Shown: positions 34,870 to 45,005 of the stretch, in pieces
Layout: every line of letters starts with the position of its first letter
Numbering within the stretch: the stretch's first letter is position 1
Virus record (IMG/VR): IMGVR_UViG_3300046724_000534
Coordinates: 1 to 55,514 of that record
Length of the DNA: 55,514 nucleotides
Source of the DNA: a virus
Lineage: Duplodnaviria; Caudoviricetes
Strand: one strand, 5' to 3'
The notes under the pieces: generated by a model
Seen by the model: only the letters and a program-made list of their open reading frames with translations
What the model was told of the DNA's origin: nothing
The model's database searches: none
Program-made: the position numbers and the translations under genes

Positions 34870-37614
34870 ATGACAAAAATTAACCTGTCGGAACAAGCCG
34901 CTGCTCTCGGAACAGATGGGCAAGCCATTTACAATAATTTGGGCACTCTTTCGGCAAAGAATTTTCCGACTGGTACGAATTTCTCCCTGAATGGCAGTTC
35001 CTCGAGTGTATCTCTTGTGGCTGGCGCCGGAATCACACTCAATAGTGGCGCATCCAGCATCACCATCGTCGGAGCAACAACCGCAGCCACAGGCACACTC
35101 TATGTTTCAGCCACCTCTGTCGCTGGAGGAGCAACTGCCGGAACAGTCACCTCGGCACCGATTGCCAGCACGCTTTCTCTCGTCGCGGGAACCAATATCA
35201 CCCTCAGTCAAGCGAGCAATGCGGCAATTACCATTATCGGCCCGGCCACCGCTGCCGCAACAAACTTCGCTCTCAACGCATCGACGAGTTCTGTTTCGCT
35301 TGTTGCAGGTGCAGGGATTGGTCTGGCCTCAAATCTTTCGACAATCTCGATTTCCGCGAGTGTGCAGACTTCCTCGATTTCGCTTTCGGCGCGCGGCGTA
35401 ACGACATCCAGTTCAGCAGGAACCTTTTCCAACCTGCTGAACGTCTCTGGTGCCGGGATTATCAGCGTCGGCGTAGGCGCAGGCAGCATAACGATTTCCG
35501 CTACGACTCCCGCGGTGACAAACTTCAGCACCATTTCCCTGACAGCGCTCGGAAATACTACCAGCAGTAATGCCGGTACTTTTAATAATCTGCTTAATTT
35601 CTCGGGAGCGGGAATTGCAAGCGTGGGCGTGGGCGCAGGCGGCACAGTAACTATTTCCGTCCCGGCACCTGCCGCCGCTACGAATTTTTCCCTGAACGCT
35701 TCTTCCTCGAGCGTGTCGCTGGTCGCAGGAGCAGGAATCGGACTCGCCTCCAACCTTTCGACGATTACGATTTCGGTTTCCACGGCGGCTACGAATTTCG
35801 CGCTCAATGGCTCGACCTCTAGCGTTTCGCTTGTGGCCGGCGCCGGGATTGGCCTGGCTTCGAACCTCTCTACCATCTCGATTTCGGCGAGCGTGCAAGC
35901 GGAAGGAACGCAGACCATCAGCGCCTCGGGTACATCGGTCACCGGAACGGCTATTTCTCTTGCTTTGGTTGCTGGAGCGAACGTCACCCTGAATACCGCC
36001 ACGGCAGCCGGCGCTATGACCGTCTCGATCGCCGGTCCCACCGTCCCCGCCGCTACGAATTTCTCGCTGAATGCCAGCTCCTCAAGCGTGTCTCTCGTTG
36101 CTGGCGCGGGCATCGGATTCGCTTCCAACCTCTCGACCATCACGATTTCCGTTTCCACGGCCACGCCGAGCGTCGTGAGCGGTTTCGGAATTAGTTCCAT
36201 TACCGCCGGAGGAGCGACAGCGGGAACAACAACGACTGCCACTGGAACGATTCTTTTAGCTGCTGGATCGAATATCACCCTGTCCTCGTCGGCAGGCGGA
36301 ATCACTGTCATCGGCCCCAATCCGAGCGCTGGCGCAGCCGGAACAAACACGATTTCAGCATCCGGTACGTCGATCGTCGGCACCGCGCTCTCTCTCGCTC
36401 TTGCGGCAGGCGACAACATCAGCTTGCAGACGGCCACCGGCGCCGGTTCCATGACCGTTTCTGTGAGTGGATTGAATGCTCTTTCAGCCAGCGGTTTTGC
36501 CTCCTCGACCGGCACGATGACTCTTGCCGCCGGAACCGGGCTTTCCATAACCACCGCAGCCTCAGTCATTTCGTTTCTGACCTCTGGTACGGCCAGCTTG
36601 CTCGCCTCCAACATCAGCCTGACGCAGAATATGTCGTTGCAAGAAATTGGCGGGTCCATCGCCAGCGCCAGCGGAACGGTCACTGGTACCGCCGGTTTTG
36701 GCAGTTCCCTGTTCCTGCAACGCATGTTTGTGCCGGCAGCCATGACCTTGAGCGAAATAGACCTCGCCCTGGCAATGTCGTTCAATGCCACATCGAACGG
36801 CGCCGGAACCCTCAGTCAATCCTTTGTGGTCTATTCCTTCGTCAACAGTTCGTCGCTAGCCAGCGTAGCCAGCGCATCGGCAACCTTTGCCTGGCAGACC
36901 GGCACATCGACCTCTGGCGCTGTTGTGTCGCTCACGCAGTTTCAAGGTGGCTGGTCGGTGCCGAAGATCCATCCCATGACTTTCGCCACGACCAGCATTC
37001 CGGCAGACGAATATGTGGTCGGCAACCTCCTGAACTTCGCGCAGGCATCGAGCACCTGGACTATCAATCTCCTGGGAGCGGTTGCTTCGGTCACTAACAG
37101 CACAACGATTTCGAATGTGACCAGCATCAACACCACAGCCGTTTCCGGTTTGAGCAATGCGGGAACGGCGCAAGTTGTGGTTCTAAGCAATGCGGGCACA
37201 GCGGCTATTAATAACTACGAACTGAGTTCCAATACGTTTGCAGGATCGGCGGCGAGTGCCATCGCCTCGGCCACGTCGATTTCCACGAAGACATTCAGCA
37301 TTCAACCACGCACCATATTCAGCGCCGCGCCAACGGTAGCCAGCAGGACGGTATTCACCGCTGCACCTACAGCAATCACCGCCGTCAGCACCGTTTCCGG
37401 CGTAACGCAGTCAATCGTGCCGCAATACCTGACCGTGCCGAATCTCGTGTACATCGGAACCGGATCCACGACTTCGGCCTTGCCCAGCGTGTTCCTGGCC
37501 GGGATTATGAGCACGGGCGCTATTCCCGTGTCCATCAACATTACGTCTACAGCGGTTACCTATTGGGGAACGGCGGCGGGCGCTCAACCGTACTTCGCCT
37601 TGGTTGGTAGTTAA
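34870..37614 (+). CDS. 914-aa Ser/Thr/Ala/Gly-rich repetitive fibre/adhesin-like protein
   Basis: Five copies of TNF(S/A)LN(A/G)S(S/T)SSVSLVAGAGI; AG.NITL repeats; very few charged residues. Confidence 0.75.
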   Translation: MTKINLSEQAAALGTDGQAIYNNLGTLSAKNFPTGTNFSLNGSSSSVSLVAGAGITLNSGASSITIVGATTAATGTLYVSATSVAGGATAGTVTSAPIASTLSLVAGTNITLSQASNAAITIIGPATAAATNFALNASTSSVSLVAGAGIGLASNLSTISISASVQTSSISLSARGVTTSSSAGTFSNLLNVSGAGIISVGVGAGSITISATTPAVTNFSTISLTALGNTTSSNAGTFNNLLNFSGAGIASVGVGAGGTVTISVPAPAAATNFSLNASSSSVSLVAGAGIGLASNLSTITISVSTAATNFALNGSTSSVSLVAGAGIGLASNLSTISISASVQAEGTQTISASGTSVTGTAISLALVAGANVTLNTATAAGAMTVSIAGPTVPAATNFSLNASSSSVSLVAGAGIGFASNLSTITISVSTATPSVVSGFGISSITAGGATAGTTTTATGTILLAAGSNITLSSSAGGITVIGPNPSAGAAGTNTISASGTSIVGTALSLALAAGDNISLQTATGAGSMTVSVSGLNALSASGFASSTGTMTLAAGTGLSITTAASVISFLTSGTASLLASNISLTQNMSLQEIGGSIASASGTVTGTAGFGSSLFLQRMFVPAAMTLSEIDLALAMSFNATSNGAGTLSQSFVVYSFVNSSSLASVASASATFAWQTGTSTSGAVVSLTQFQGGWSVPKIHPMTFATTSIPADEYVVGNLLNFAQASSTWTINLLGAVASVTNSTTISNVTSINTTAVSGLSNAGTAQVVVLSNAGTAAINNYELSSNTFAGSAASAIASATSISTKTFSIQPRTIFSAAPTVASRTVFTAAPTAITAVSTVSGVTQSIVPQYLTVPNLVYIGTGSTTSALPSVFLAGIMSTGAIPVSINITSTAVTYWGTAAGAQPYFALVGS

Positions 37615-37616
37615 GC

Positions 37617-38582
37617 ATGAAGAAACTTCTTCTACTTCTGGGAGTGCTGCTCGCCATCCCAGCAGCCTCCCGTGCGCAGTCTATGGGAACCTGCTGGGGT
37701 AACGCAATTGCCGGTTCCACATCCACTATCACGGCTGCGGTTACTCCGACTGGCGGATCTGGTCATGCTCTGGTGGCCATGGGGAATCAAGGCACTGGAA
37801 ACACTACGGAAGTTTTCAGCGACAATTCCGGCTCTAATATCTGGAATCATCCCTCGGCGGTACAAGCCAATGCCGTGGCCGGAGTTTGGGGTGTGGACGG
37901 GTATGTGCTCGATCCGGTGGGCGGAAGCTACACCGTGACCTTAACTTTTGGCGCGCCATCTGTCTTTTCATCCATGGAGGTCTGTGAACTTTCAGGACTC
38001 GTCGCACCGGCAACCCTCGATTCCGGAGCAACCACGGCTGGCGTGCTCACCATTTTTAACACGACTTTTACCAGTTCATCCTTTACTACTACCTCTCCCG
38101 ACCTGATTGTCATGCTCGCCGCTGTCAACAGCGGTGCCCGCACCTGGAGTGTTGGAACGATTGCCGGAGTTACAGCAACATTGGGGACTGGAGCCTTCGA
38201 TAATGGCAGGGAGTGGGCTAACGTAAATTCCCCACAAACGGGAACGGCGAGCATGAATTTCGGAACGAATCAGGGATGGGTCGCTTTCACCATGGGATTC
38301 AAGACAAATCCACCACCAACGATTTATATGCTCGTCGCTCGAAGTTTCATTCCGCCGATCCTCGTGGCTCTCAAAGGTGCCATCGGGTTCTTTTTCTACT
38401 TCGTCATGTTTATGGCCTTTGTCTCGATCATCATTTCCAACTGGCACATGGTCAAGAATTTCTTTCTGTCCATCTTCCGGGTGGGAAAGCGCCATACCAA
38501 TCGTCTCCTCGATCGCAACGCTGCCGAAATTAGAAAGCGCATGAACGAAGAGAAGCGCGAAATGGCAAGGATTCGAAAATGA
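37617..38582 (+). CDS. Exported, C-terminally membrane-anchored beta-sandwich protein
   Basis: MKKLLLLLGVLLAIPAASRA/QS; hydrophobic C-terminal segment followed by a basic tail. Confidence 0.7.
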   Translation: MKKLLLLLGVLLAIPAASRAQSMGTCWGNAIAGSTSTITAAVTPTGGSGHALVAMGNQGTGNTTEVFSDNSGSNIWNHPSAVQANAVAGVWGVDGYVLDPVGGSYTVTLTFGAPSVFSSMEVCELSGLVAPATLDSGATTAGVLTIFNTTFTSSSFTTTSPDLIVMLAAVNSGARTWSVGTIAGVTATLGTGAFDNGREWANVNSPQTGTASMNFGTNQGWVAFTMGFKTNPPPTIYMLVARSFIPPILVALKGAIGFFFYFVMFMAFVSIIISNWHMVKNFFLSIFRVGKRHTNRLLDRNAAEIRKRMNEEKREMARIRK

Positions 38583-39310
38583 AGAAACCCAAACAATTTC
38601 CATCCTGGTTTGTGCCGGAATCTGGCGGGCGGCATAACCGCAATCTCAGCCAGTCCATCGCACGCCTGGAAACGGCCAAGTCCTACAAGGATTTATCGAC
38701 GGTCATGGTCCTGCCGACCCGCGGCATGATTCCCGCCAAGGTCTGCAACGCGCTGTGGGGGATGATTACGCCGATGAATCAGAAGTTTCTGCGCATGGTC
38801 ATCGAAGGCGAGGAAGTCGGCAAAGCGTATAACGATTCGGTGGAGTCGATTCTGGCGCATCCGGAACTGTCCAAATGGAAATACATGCTCACCGTCGAGG
38901 AAGACAATCTTCCGCCGCCGGACGGCCTATTGAAACTGTACGAGTCCATCGACAAGTTCGATGCCGTGGGCGGGCTCTACTGGACCAAGGGAGAAGCTGG
39001 AATGCCCATGATCTACGGTTCTCCCAAGGAAATGCCTAAAGAGTTTAAGCCGCAGGTGCCAATTCCAGAATCAATTCAAGAATGTAACGGCTTAGGAATG
39101 GGCTTTACCTTGTTCCGGATTTCGATGCTGAAAAAGATCGAAAAACCATGGTTCAAGACGGTGCAAGAATACCAGCATGGGCAGGGAGCGCGTTTAATGA
39201 CGCAAGACCTTTTCTTTTTTGAAAAGGCCGGCAAACAAGGGTATCGTTTTGCCTGCGATACGCGCTGCAAAGTCGGGCATCTCGATCCAAATTCGGGAGA
39301 AATCTGGTGA
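38579..39310 (+). CDS. Glycosyltransferase (GT-A fold)
   Basis: VLPTRG, YMLTVEEDN (DxD-like), VGGLYW, GLGMGFTLFR, TQDLFF, CKVGHL. Confidence 0.8.
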   Translation: MKKPKQFPSWFVPESGGRHNRNLSQSIARLETAKSYKDLSTVMVLPTRGMIPAKVCNALWGMITPMNQKFLRMVIEGEEVGKAYNDSVESILAHPELSKWKYMLTVEEDNLPPPDGLLKLYESIDKFDAVGGLYWTKGEAGMPMIYGSPKEMPKEFKPQVPIPESIQECNGLGMGFTLFRISMLKKIEKPWFKTVQEYQHGQGARLMTQDLFFFEKAGKQGYRFACDTRCKVGHLDPNSGEIW

Positions 39311-39792
39311 AGCAAAAACAACTAATCAAGCTGAATATCGGCGACGGCTGCCCCGAAGGATTCAAGGATATTCCTACGCCGATCGACTGGCGATCCCTCA
39401 AGAAAGAAAGCGTCGAGGAGTTTCGCTGCGCCTACTATTTCCAGCAGATACCCGGCAAAGAGCGCGGGCCGTGGATGGATGAACTCTGGCGCGTGCTCGT
39501 TCCCGGCGCGAAAGCCTTGTTCATCACGCAATACTGGACTTCCTTCCGAGCGTTCATGGACTATCGCAGCGAGTGGCCGCCGATTGTCGAGCAAAGCTAT
39601 CTCTATTTCAACAAGGCGTGGCGCGAATCACAGAAGGTCAACTGGTGCCACTGCGATTTCGAGATTGTCGGGCAGGGACACATCCCCGATCCCGAAGCGC
39701 AAGGGAAGGCCCAGGAAGTGCGCGACCACTGGATTAAGCATTACGCGAACGCAGCGCTGGACTTGCATCTCGTCGTACAGAAGAAAGCCTAA
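39307..39792 (+). CDS. Class I SAM-dependent methyltransferase-like protein
   Basis: KLNIGDG, ESVEE, MDELWRVLVPGAK. Confidence 0.7.
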   Translation: MKQKQLIKLNIGDGCPEGFKDIPTPIDWRSLKKESVEEFRCAYYFQQIPGKERGPWMDELWRVLVPGAKALFITQYWTSFRAFMDYRSEWPPIVEQSYLYFNKAWRESQKVNWCHCDFEIVGQGHIPDPEAQGKAQEVRDHWIKHYANAALDLHLVVQKKA

Positions 39793-40466
39793 GCCCACAA
39801 ACAGGATCTACGTGGGGCGTGAACTTCGCACAAAATTCCGCAACCGTTGCACCAGGTTCCTTGCTCGACAATTACGGTCGATTCGCTCTGGCAGTTGGAA
39901 CAGGGCTCTCCGCGGTTCTTCTGGCTCCGGAAATAGTAGTGGTACATCACCTGCGGGATGACGTGTTCCGTTTTCAGAACGCCGCGCTTTCGCATCCGGT
40001 CGGCCCAGCGTACATCCTCTCCGTGCCCACCTTCGAATGGCTCCGCGAGTGCCAGTTCCCGGCGCATCGGGTTGATGTGGGAAATGTCCCGATAGAATCC
40101 ATCGTCGTTCTCGAACCAGCTACCATACGCGAGCGAATGATATGTCTTCTTGGGAAGACGCATGGCGTTGATGTAGCACTGCACCTGAAAGCCGATATAA
40201 TCGACCCCATTGAGCAGCGGCAGGATCGTTTCAAGGTAGTGTGCATCCGGAAAATCGTCATCGTCAAAAAACGCCACATATTCACTTTGCGAGGAGCGTA
40301 AAAGCATATCCCTGTTTTCGCCGAGCGTGTAGGTCGGGTCGCACATGCGAACGCGCGTTGCGAAACTGTAGTTGTAACCGGAACGCTGCCGGGAAAATTC
40401 CTGAAGGAGTCCGTACAGGAAACCCTTGCGCGTCGGCATGGTCAGGATCAGGAGTTCAAATTTCAT
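39789..40466 (-). CDS. GT2-like glycosyltransferase with C-terminal zinc ribbon
   Basis: LILTMPTR, LGENR..L...EYVAFFDDDD, GEDVRW; CSNCQSESTV...CNGCG. Confidence 0.85.
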   Translation of the reverse strand: MKFELLILTMPTRKGFLYGLLQEFSRQRSGYNYSFATRVRMCDPTYTLGENRDMLLRSSQSEYVAFFDDDDFPDAHYLETILPLLNGVDYIGFQVQCYINAMRLPKKTYHSLAYGSWFENDDGFYRDISHINPMRRELALAEPFEGGHGEDVRWADRMRKRGVLKTEHVIPQVMYHYYFRSQKNRGEPCSNCQSESTVIVEQGTWCNGCGILCEVHAPRRSCLWA

Positions 40467-41314
40467 ATCCTATCCCAAATGCTTCCACAGTGATTGCAAT
40501 GAAACTTACCCACTCCAATCGCCACGGTCGAGAGGCTGTCGCAGTGTGGGCACATGCCGGCGCTGCGAATATTGTTGTGCGGCGGAACCCACTTCGAAGT
40601 ATCGACGCCGCGTTGCATGAGCGCGGCGAGTTTATTGGCATCGCGCTGGCGCTCATTCGCCATTTCCGGGCTGTAATACAGCGTTTCGGGATCGTCCTCG
40701 GCATGGCGCTGCAAGCGTTCTCGGGTGTTCTCGTCCACCGCGGCCATGCCCTGCGAATAGTGATGGTGCTCGATATTGAAGTTCAGGAAGCGTCTCCTGC
40801 CGATCATGTTGGCCAGTTCACAAATCCAGGCGTCCCCAAAATCCGAGGAGAAGTACGGCGGAATAAAATAGCCGAGCGCCGTCACCCATTTTCGATGCAC
40901 GAAGGCGTGCGGTCCGAAGTTGCTGCCATGGCCGAACACATCTGATCCATGCGCCAACATGATTTTGTCGGGCACCTCGGAAAAGGCTTCCTCGAGCATG
41001 GCATCCCAACCGGGTGTCTTGAACACAATGTCATCGTTGGCCTGACAAACAATATCCCCGGAACAAGCGACGAAGCATTCGTTCCAGTAAATCGTCATCT
41101 TGCGCAGACGCGGACCAATGAGTTTAACGATACGCTGACTGTTCGTGGCTGTTATTTTAATATCCGGGCACTCCATGAAACTTTCAATGTCATCTTCATC
41201 GAAGCGCACCACAATTTCAATCTTAGTGAGATCGTCAGCGGTATCGAATACGCTTTCGCACATACGCCTGATAATTTCAGGACGTTTGCGGGAAGGTAAG
41301 AGCAAAGAAATCAT
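40463..41314 (-). CDS. GT-A glycosyltransferase with C-terminal zinc ribbon
   Basis: ISLLLPSRKRP, GDIVCQANDDIVF, FGDAW, IEHHH; CPHCDSLSTV...CNHCG. Confidence 0.85.
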   Translation of the reverse strand: MISLLLPSRKRPEIIRRMCESVFDTADDLTKIEIVVRFDEDDIESFMECPDIKITATNSQRIVKLIGPRLRKMTIYWNECFVACSGDIVCQANDDIVFKTPGWDAMLEEAFSEVPDKIMLAHGSDVFGHGSNFGPHAFVHRKWVTALGYFIPPYFSSDFGDAWICELANMIGRRRFLNFNIEHHHYSQGMAAVDENTRERLQRHAEDDPETLYYSPEMANERQRDANKLAALMQRGVDTSKWVPPHNNIRSAGMCPHCDSLSTVAIGVGKFHCNHCGSIWDRI

Positions 41315-42285
41315 CGGATAGCCGCCTCGTAGATGGGACGCACCGCTTCAATCGAGAATGTTTGTCTGCCAATTTCCCGGCTGCGCTCACCGCACAGTTG
41401 CGCGTATCGGGGCTTCGATAAACACAAGTCAATAAATTCACACATCCCCTCGAAGCGATCCGTGCAAACGCCGTTGTCCTCGATGTAGTCGGCGTAGGAC
41501 AGTCCTGGCTGATCCCGCGCCACGACTGGCATTCCCGCGCACATGGCTTCGGTGAACGAAGTGCACAAGGGCCGGCCACCCGAGCGATCGAGATTCACGA
41601 ACACCCGGTACTCGCTCATCATCTCCGCCATCTGCCGTGAAGTCTTAAACTCCATGGCTCCATCATGATGGTGCATCTTCCCCGGAAAGCGTTCGCACAA
41701 GCGTTCCCAGAGATCGACGCCGCATATCGTTTTATCCGCGGGACGCCACAAGTCTTTGCCGGCGAGAACGAACAGGGCTTCTTCGCGCTTTCCCGTCCAT
41801 TCACGCTCGAACCACCAGTCGCCGACGGGCACGGGAACGAACTTCGCCTGCGGATATTTTTCCTGCCAATACGGAACCGCCGATGGCATTCCAAGGAAGA
41901 TAGGAAAATCTTTAATCTTTTTCTTGTAGTGCTCCGGGAGATAGTTCGGATGATCGTACCAGCACACAAACACCAGGATGGGGCATTCGACGCGATGGCA
42001 ATGGTTCTTCCAGTCGGCGGCGTAATTGAATGTTTCGACCGATTCGATCAGCAGATCGAACTTCGAGAAGTCGCATTCCGAGTAGGGTTTTTCCTCGAAA
42101 CGAATGTCCAGACCAACTTCCTGCCATTCCGCGATGCGGTCTTTGGCTTTGGCGAGATTGAGAATCTTCTTGTCCCAACTATAAAGCTGATCGCAGGGCG
42201 GGCCGATGACAGTAAGGCCGGGAAAGATCGCAGCCATTTTTTCCACGAGAGCTGCAACCGTTGGGTAAACGAGTCCGACCTTCAT
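41311..42285 (-). CDS. GT-B (GT4-like) glycosyltransferase
   Basis: YRVFVN...SFTEAMCAGMPVV..D (Ex7E-like region); start ATG 42285. Confidence 0.8.
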   Translation of the reverse strand: MKVGLVYPTVAALVEKMAAIFPGLTVIGPPCDQLYSWDKKILNLAKAKDRIAEWQEVGLDIRFEEKPYSECDFSKFDLLIESVETFNYAADWKNHCHRVECPILVFVCWYDHPNYLPEHYKKKIKDFPIFLGMPSAVPYWQEKYPQAKFVPVPVGDWWFEREWTGKREEALFVLAGKDLWRPADKTICGVDLWERLCERFPGKMHHHDGAMEFKTSRQMAEMMSEYRVFVNLDRSGGRPLCTSFTEAMCAGMPVVARDQPGLSYADYIEDNGVCTDRFEGMCEFIDLCLSKPRYAQLCGERSREIGRQTFSIEAVRPIYEAAIR

Positions 42286-42995
42286 GTGCCCATCTCCGGT
42301 AATTGCACGTTCACGAGTCCCCAATCGGGCTCATTCCGTTGTCCGACGAGCCGATGAATGTCCGAGGAGTGAATCGACATTCTGCCCACATGCGCGGAGC
42401 GGTCATGCTCCTGGTGGAAGATCGGATTCTTCAGTTCCACTTTGCCCATGCCGATTTTTACCGCGCTCCAGCACAAAAGAGAATCTATGTGCGAATAACT
42501 CACCACGTCGAGATAGCCCGTCAGAAATTTCCACTTGTTCGCGTGCATCAGAATGAAGTCGCCGGGACCGTGAGCAATCTGCACGAGTTTGCCGTCACGG
42601 ATGTCGTGCCGCGCCGCATGATAGAACGCGCCGGGCAAGAGCACATCGGATATTTCCGCGCGCACTTCCGGTGTCAAGAGGATGTCCGGATTCATGCACA
42701 GAATCCATTCGCCGTGTGCGCGACGGATTCCGGCATTCTTGGCGCGATACTCGAAGAATGGCAAGAGGTCAGCGCCGTGCATCTGGTTGTGCAAATCGCG
42801 TTCCACGGTGATTACCCGGATGCCCTTATGCTGGATAACTTTTCGGATGGGCGGACGATCTTCCGGAGGATTCCATTCGACGAAGATAATCTCCGCTTTG
42901 AGCGGCAGGATGGTTTCGATCGAGCGGTTCATACGGTCGAGGAAGTCGCCACAATGGTTATCGTTCCGCCCGGAGAGCACCACGGTCAGGTTCAC
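42282..42995 (-). CDS. GT2-like glycosyltransferase
   Basis: VVLSGRNDNH, EIIFVEWNP, AKNAGIRRAHGEWILCMNPDILL, GDFIL; GTG start 42995. Confidence 0.85.
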   Translation of the reverse strand: MNLTVVLSGRNDNHCGDFLDRMNRSIETILPLKAEIIFVEWNPPEDRPPIRKVIQHKGIRVITVERDLHNQMHGADLLPFFEYRAKNAGIRRAHGEWILCMNPDILLTPEVRAEISDVLLPGAFYHAARHDIRDGKLVQIAHGPGDFILMHANKWKFLTGYLDVVSYSHIDSLLCWSAVKIGMGKVELKNPIFHQEHDRSAHVGRMSIHSSDIHRLVGQRNEPDWGLVNVQLPEMGT

Positions 42996-43444
42996 CGTGC
43001 CCGCTCTCTTACTTTGCGCCACAATCCGCGATAGTTTGGATCTTGAGGCCAGAGTCCAGCGTGATACCAGCGACGAAGATTTTCTTCATGGACACCGAGT
43101 TTATCGGCCCAATCTTGCAGAATCATCGTTTCATTGCCAACAGTGATTCGGATATTTCTTCGGAAGTTGCGACACTGTTCCCAATGTGTGATCCATCGGC
43201 AATTCCCCGGTTCGTAGTTTCCGTCATTGTTAATGCGGTCCAACTGTTTTCCTTTAGGTTTCTCTCCCATGTCAGCAAGGAAGTTTACAAATACTTTCCA
43301 TCGGTCACAGACAGTTATTCCACGAGCACCGTAGTAACGATAAACAGGAGATTTAGAATTAGAGCATCTCTGAATCATATCGGCCCAACAAGTATAGATG
43401 GGGCTTTTACGTCCGGTTACGCAATGAAGGTGCGTTTTTGGCAT
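42992..43444 (-). mobile_element. HNH homing endonuclease gene within the glycan island
   Basis: W..M.QRC...YRYYGARGITVCDRW..F.NFLADMG...LDRINNDGNYEPGNCRW. Confidence 0.9.
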
Positions 43445-44803
43445 TTATCTGTTCACTGGACGAAGAGAGATGTTTTCGGTGATCCAGTCGTGAAGCATCT
43501 TCCGAGCCTCATGTAATTCCATTCTGGTCATCGTTGGAATATCCATGGTAATCGTATCCGGGTTCTCTGGGTCCAGCTCCCACATGGATGAAAAGTTACT
43601 TGCTGTTATAGTTACTCCGAACCGTTCCGGATGACTCCATACCTCGCACCCAGGAAATGGTTGAAATTGGTGAAGACTCGCGGCATCTGGACGGCACTTC
43701 TCAAGCCATTCTTGCATTTCGTAAATGGACTCCCAAGTTTCACCGGGAAAGCCGATGAGTAGATAAGCCCTAGTGGCAATACCCGCATCTCGACAAAGTT
43801 CAATACCCTTGGTGTTGGCTTCTGGCGTGGTGCCCTTGTTCATTTCCTTGAGCATCCTCCGACTGCCATGCTCGACGCCAAAACCTAATTCGGTGCAACC
43901 GAGTTTGGCCATATCCCGGAACAGTTGCGGATCGAAAAGATTCACTCTGCTCCAACCGCGCCACAGCATTCCGTAGTCGTGAAAAAGCGCGGCAAGTTCC
44001 CGGCAGCGTTTGGCCTTGATCGTTAGAACATCGTCCCACACACGCAATGCCGTTACGCCGAGTTCGGCGAGCGCTTTGACTTCCGCTTCGATTTGCTCGA
44101 AGGTTTCTTCGCGGAGTTTCGTTCGTGCGTCAGCGCAGAAAGAGCAACCGTAAGGACACCCGCGAGCAGTCCACAGCGATCCAATAGTTCTTTCAGCAGC
44201 GTCGATAGAGTGTCCGTGGATGGAAGCGACTTGGAGTCCACCTTTTTCATAATTCCCCCAAAGATCATAGGCTGGAAGTTTCATCTTGGTTACGTCGGGG
44301 AGCGGCGGCGAGGGATTGTGCTGCATTCCGAACGGGCCGAACCAGGCAACTCCGGCAATGCGCGTCACATCCTCTCCCCGGTCCCAGGCGTTGCAGAAAT
44401 CGACAAACGATTCCTCGCACTCCCCGGTCATCAGGAAATCGAACCCTTCGAAATATTTCTTCTGCTTGAATTGCGCGTGCGGTCCTTCGATGATGTAGGT
44501 GACGTGAGGGCCGCCGGCCACCTTCACCTTGGCCGGCCACAGCGCGGCCAGTTGTCCGCCAAACTCGGCATTGGGAGTGACGATCGACACACCCAGGATG
44601 TCGCACGGTTCCATCTTGTCAGGATCGACTTGCAAGCGATTCGTTTCAGGATCAAATGTCGAGATGCGGTGGCAGTCGATGATTTTGACTTCATGGCCCG
44701 CTTCGCGGAGAGCTGCGCCGAGATACAAAAGACCAAGCGAGGCGTGTAGGCTTGGATTAAAAAGCGCAAACGATGGACCGCCAGCAAGAATCACTTTAGC
44801 CAT
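43445..44803 (-). CDS. B12-binding (class B) radical SAM enzyme
   Basis: SLGLLYLGAAL...VAGGPH.T (cobalamin-binding domain); TARGCPYGCSFC (CxxxCxxC); GVEHGS, IGFPGET. Confidence 0.92.
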   Translation of the reverse strand: MAKVILAGGPSFALFNPSLHASLGLLYLGAALREAGHEVKIIDCHRISTFDPETNRLQVDPDKMEPCDILGVSIVTPNAEFGGQLAALWPAKVKVAGGPHVTYIIEGPHAQFKQKKYFEGFDFLMTGECEESFVDFCNAWDRGEDVTRIAGVAWFGPFGMQHNPSPPLPDVTKMKLPAYDLWGNYEKGGLQVASIHGHSIDAAERTIGSLWTARGCPYGCSFCADARTKLREETFEQIEAEVKALAELGVTALRVWDDVLTIKAKRCRELAALFHDYGMLWRGWSRVNLFDPQLFRDMAKLGCTELGFGVEHGSRRMLKEMNKGTTPEANTKGIELCRDAGIATRAYLLIGFPGETWESIYEMQEWLEKCRPDAASLHQFQPFPGCEVWSHPERFGVTITASNFSSMWELDPENPDTITMDIPTMTRMELHEARKMLHDWITENISLRPVNR

Positions 44804-45005
44804 AAATTTGTCGTGCCGATGAAGGAGTGGGAAGGTCTATCCCATTGACATCATACCTGTATAGAGTCAGGCGTGTCATGTGATGCGGCCCCACTCTCCC
44901 GAGGAAACGCATAGCTCCATTACGGCAAACGCCTCGGTCCATGCCTTCACTATCCGCATTCCCTTGACGAATCGGCACGTCCCCCTTTCGGGAAATTGAA
45001 TGTAT

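Noticed and set aside
34970-36160. Diversity-generating retroelement template/variable repeats
   Set aside because: The repeats are in-frame protein repeats that differ mostly at synonymous positions rather than at adenines, and no reverse transcriptase is present.
35208-36791. 527-aa antisense ORF
   Set aside because: Shadow of the Ser/Thr/Ala/Gly-rich fibre gene; no independent motifs.
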